64,000 bases of DNA from an uncultured Gammaproteobacteria bacterium (GTDB lineage Bacteria; Patescibacteriota; Microgenomatia; Levybacterales; UBA12049). The stretch is from positions 6,450 through 70,449 of the forward strand of contig CAYQEE010000008.1 of NCBI GenBank assembly GCA_964416445.1, written 5' to 3'. Positions within the stretch are counted from its first letter, which is position 1. Each line of letters starts with the position of its first letter. The notes beneath the pieces were generated by a model. The model was not told where the DNA came from. It worked only from the letters and a program-made list of their open reading frames with translations, and did not search any database. The position numbers and the translations under genes are program-made. Below are positions 61,264 through 64,000 of the stretch, in pieces.

Positions 61264-61377
61264 ATGAAAGTACAAAGTAGTGTCAAACCAAGATGCGCAA
61301 AATGCAAAATAATAAAACGAAAAGGTGTTGTTCGAGTTGTGTGTGAAAATCCACGACATAAACAACGACAAGGATAA
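61264..61377 (+). CDS. rpmJ: 50S ribosomal protein L36 (not in ORF track)
   Basis: Hand-translated [37 protein letters not shown]. Confidence 0.97.
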   Translation: MKVQSSVKPRCAKCKIIKRKGVVRVVCENPRHKQRQG

Positions 61378-61380
61378 ATT

Positions 61381-61797
61381 ATGAGAATTGTAGGAATCAA
61401 TATACCAGATGAAAAAAGAGTCGATATCTCATTAACGTATATTTATGGTATCGGAAGAAGTAACGTTCAAAATATTCTGAAAGTGGCAAATGTTGATTCG
61501 ACAAAACGAGTAAAAGATTTAAACGAAGAAGAGCAAAAAAGATTACTTGATGCAATTGCGCCATATAAAGTTGAAGGAGATCTTCGTGCAGAAATATCAT
61601 CAAATATTAAACGATTAAAAGATAATGGAAGTTATCGGGGTATGCGACATAGTAGAAACCTTCCTGCTCGTGGACAAAGAACTCGATCAAATGCTCGTAC
61701 GAAAAGAGGAAAGAGAATGACTATTGGAGCAATTAAGAAAGAAGTCGCAGCAAAAATGGGAATAACAGGGGATGCAAAACCAGCAGATAAAAAATAA
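61381..61797 (+). CDS. rpsM: 30S ribosomal protein S13
   Basis: LTYIYGIG, YRGMRH, LPARGQRTRSNART. Confidence 0.98.
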   Translation: MRIVGINIPDEKRVDISLTYIYGIGRSNVQNILKVANVDSTKRVKDLNEEEQKRLLDAIAPYKVEGDLRAEISSNIKRLKDNGSYRGMRHSRNLPARGQRTRSNARTKRGKRMTIGAIKKEVAAKMGITGDAKPADKK

Positions 61798-61802
61798 ATA
61801 CT

Positions 61803-62213
61803 ATGGCAGATAAAAAAACAACATCAGAAAAAACAGTAGTAAAAAAGAAAAAAGGTGGAGTTGTCGTCTCTCAAAAAGGAAAATTGTATATTACTGCAAC
61901 TTTTAATAATACATTAGTTACCATAACAAATGATAAAGGCGAAACGATTGCATGGAGTTCCTCAGGTTCTCGAGGATTTAAAGGGACAAGAAAATCAACT
62001 CCTTATGCAGGAGGCCTTGCTGTTGAAGATGCAGGAAAGAAGGCTTTTGAAAAAGGGTTACGAGTAGTAGATGTCTTTATTAAAGGCCCAGGATCAGGGA
62101 GAGATTCAGGATTACGAGCAGTTAAAACTGCAGGGCTTTCTATTTCATCAATTGCTGATATTACACCATTACCTCATAATGGACCACGGTCCAAGAAAAA
62201 GAGGAGAGTTTAA
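61803..62213 (+). CDS. rpsK: 30S ribosomal protein S11
   Basis: FNNT, GFKGTRKSTPYA, GPGSGR, DITPLPHNG. Confidence 0.98.
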   Translation: MADKKTTSEKTVVKKKKGGVVVSQKGKLYITATFNNTLVTITNDKGETIAWSSSGSRGFKGTRKSTPYAGGLAVEDAGKKAFEKGLRVVDVFIKGPGSGRDSGLRAVKTAGLSISSIADITPLPHNGPRSKKKRRV

Positions 62214-62220
62214 TTTTTAT

Positions 62221-62823
62221 ATGGCACGATATACTGGACCAAAACATAGAATTGCACGAAGAGAAGGAGTAAATATTCTCGATAAAACATCGACTTCATT
62301 ACAACGAAGGTTAAATACACCTCCCGGAGTTCATGGTGCAAAGCGAAAAAGAAAATTATCAGAATTTGGTGTGCAACTTCGTGAGAAACAAAAAGCAAAA
62401 GCTCTCTATGGTGTATTAGAAAAACAATTTAAAAATATGGTACAAATCGTTTCGAAACAAAAAGGGAATACGGGAGAATTACTTATTGCATCACTTGAGA
62501 GACGCCTTGATAATGTTGTTTATCGACTAGGATTTGCGCAATCAAGATATCATTCTCGTCAACTGGTAAGTCATGGCCACGTCTTAGTTAATGGAAAAAA
62601 ATTAAGTATCCCTTCTTATCTTGTTCAAGAAGGAGATATTATTTCGCTTGACGCTAAAATGCAAAGTAATGTTCATGTTACAAAACTATTGAGTGAAGAA
62701 AAAATTCTCTTACCATTTTTAGAGAAAAAAGGTACCGTTGGTAAGTTTATTCGGTTACCAAAACTTTCTGAAATTGAAACACCTTTTGATACGAGATTGA
62801 TTATTGAATATTATTCTAGGTAA
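62221..62823 (+). CDS. rpsD: 30S ribosomal protein S4
   Basis: MARYTGP, QLREKQK, LERRLDNVVYRLGFA, RQLVSHGH, IIEYYSR. Confidence 0.98.
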   Translation: MARYTGPKHRIARREGVNILDKTSTSLQRRLNTPPGVHGAKRKRKLSEFGVQLREKQKAKALYGVLEKQFKNMVQIVSKQKGNTGELLIASLERRLDNVVYRLGFAQSRYHSRQLVSHGHVLVNGKKLSIPSYLVQEGDIISLDAKMQSNVHVTKLLSEEKILLPFLEKKGTVGKFIRLPKLSEIETPFDTRLIIEYYSR

Positions 62824-62832
62824 TGATATAAT
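62804..62832 (+). promoter_or_regulatory. Internal promoter giving a putative leaderless rpoA mRNA
   Basis: TTGAAT(62804-09), 17 bp, TG-n-TATAAT(62827-32); 7 nt before ATG 62840. Confidence 0.55.
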
Positions 62833-62839
62833 ACCTGTT

Positions 62840-63757
62840 ATGATTGATCCGATATTTACTGTTAAAGAAACAAAAACCACTGGCGTCTATGCACAATATA
62901 TTATTGGGCCTTTAGAGCCAGGTTATGGATATACACTTGGACACGCAATGCGTCGTATTCTTCTCACCTCAATTCCAGGTTCAGCGGTTACTTCAGTTCG
63001 GATTAACGGAGTTAAACATCGATTCTCACAATTACCAGGATTAAAAGAAAATATTGTTGATTTTCTTTTGAATCTAAAAGGATTATCCGTTCGACTTACT
63101 GGTAGTAAAAAATCAGCAACATTAAAACTTTCTGTAAAAGGACCAAAAGAGATCACTGCGGGCGATATTGAAGCAAGTGATGGTGTTGAAGTTATCAATA
63201 AAGACCATTATCTTGGTTATCTTTCAGATAAAAAGTTAGATATGGAAATGACTGTTGAAGAAGGTTTTGGTTATTCGTTAGCTGAAGAAAGAAACACGGA
63301 GGAAGTGGGTTCAATTCCTACAGATGCAATTTTTACACCAATTCAGCGGGTAAATTATACGGTGAGAGCTACCCGAGTTGGCCGAAGAACAAACTTCGAT
63401 GAATTAGTGTTAGAAATATGGACAAACGGTTCAATTACACCAAAAGAATCGCTTGATGAAACAGCAAAAATTCTAGCTGCATACTTTACACAAGTTTATC
63501 AGCCAAAAAGTACTGAACCAACAGAAAGTGTTGCTATTAGTCCATCAATTTCTGATGAACTCTTAAAAATGACAGTTGATGAATTAGATTTACCAACAAG
63601 AATTTATAACAGTCTTCGAAATGGGGGAATTGAAACTGTTGGTCAATTGCTCGGTACTCCAAGAAAAGATCTCGTTGCAATGCGAAATATGGGCACTAAG
63701 TCAATTGCAGTTATTGAAGAAAAACTTCGCGAAAAAGGTATTTCCTTATCAGTATAA
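62840..63757 (+). CDS. rpoA: DNA-directed RNA polymerase alpha subunit
   Basis: PLEPGYGYTLG..MRRILL, DAIFTPI, RVGRRTNFDELVLEIWTNG, alpha-CTD. Confidence 0.98.
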   Translation: MIDPIFTVKETKTTGVYAQYIIGPLEPGYGYTLGHAMRRILLTSIPGSAVTSVRINGVKHRFSQLPGLKENIVDFLLNLKGLSVRLTGSKKSATLKLSVKGPKEITAGDIEASDGVEVINKDHYLGYLSDKKLDMEMTVEEGFGYSLAEERNTEEVGSIPTDAIFTPIQRVNYTVRATRVGRRTNFDELVLEIWTNGSITPKESLDETAKILAAYFTQVYQPKSTEPTESVAISPSISDELLKMTVDELDLPTRIYNSLRNGGIETVGQLLGTPRKDLVAMRNMGTKSIAVIEEKLREKGISLSV

Positions 63758-63818
63758 GCGCAGTCTCGCACAATTACATCATTTCAATTAGGAGGTTGCG
63801 GGGTGGCGCTTTTCTATT

Positions 63819-64000
63819 ATGAAAAAACATGTTTTTGGTCGTAAATTACAGCGTGACAGTAATGAAAGAAAGGCTTTGTTTAAGAGTCTTATGTCCGCGT
63901 TAGTAATTCATGAACGTGTACAAACAACTGAAGCAAAAGCAAAATCTATAAAAGGATTAGTTGATAAGTTAATTACTAAAGCAAAAAAAGGTGGAGTTCC
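63819..64000 (+). CDS. rplQ: 50S ribosomal protein L17 (3' truncated by window)
   Basis: Hand-translated MKKHVFGRKLQRDSNERKALFKSL...TTEAKAK...DKLITKAK. Confidence 0.96.
   Translation, partial: MKKHVFGRKLQRDSNERKALFKSLMSALVIHERVQTTEAKAKSIKGLVDKLITKAKKGGV

Noticed and set aside
22-63198. Numerous 60-130 aa ORFs overlapping well-supported genes on the opposite strand or in other frames
   Set aside because: No motifs and fully nested in conserved CDSs; treated as spurious.
1-64000. Alternative genetic code (UGA=Gly), tRNA/rRNA genes, CRISPR arrays, introns/inteins, IS elements
   Set aside because: Conserved genes are full length in code 11 and some end in TGA at expected positions; no such elements were recognised by eye, though small RNAs could be missed without covariance searches.

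Overview
AT-rich bacterial chromosome segment in genetic code 11. It is most likely from a Patescibacteria/CPR organism of the Microgenomates type; this is inferred from the missing rpmD/L30, the mevalonate pathway, the VirB2-like pilin and the Thr/Pro-rich dockerin-bearing surface protein. The window runs rpoC(3' end)-rpsL-rpsG ... fusA ... [about 40 kb accessory region] ... tuf-rpsJ ... S10/spc/alpha ribosomal protein cluster to rplQ. The accessory region holds: a two-subunit ATP-citrate lyase; a sulfur/thiol cluster (MFS, two PIG-L/LmbE deacetylases, cystathionine gamma-lyase-like enzyme, M19 dipeptidase); a pilin / VirB6-like giant repeat protein / atypical Clp ATPase locus; secreted glycoside hydrolases (GH79-dockerin, GH18); prenyltransferases; an ECF sigma factor; and a mevalonate pathway with an archaeal-type HMGR/HMGS/thiolase/DUF35 upper half. 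Two observations stand out. (1) Two unannotated 14-aa Cys-rich leader peptides (MKKELSIICCCRIS, apparently leaderless; MKFQVIVCCQMTSS, overlapping the lyase stop codon) are each followed by a complete 1:2 / 2:3 / 3:4 attenuator, forming a serial cysteine-sensing attenuation cascade. (2) A ~45-aa helical repeat occurs six times in the VirB6-like membrane protein and twice on the C-terminus of the adjacent Clp ATPase, suggesting a dedicated pilin/membrane-protein/unfoldase machine. All calls come from reading motifs by eye; no database searches were run.
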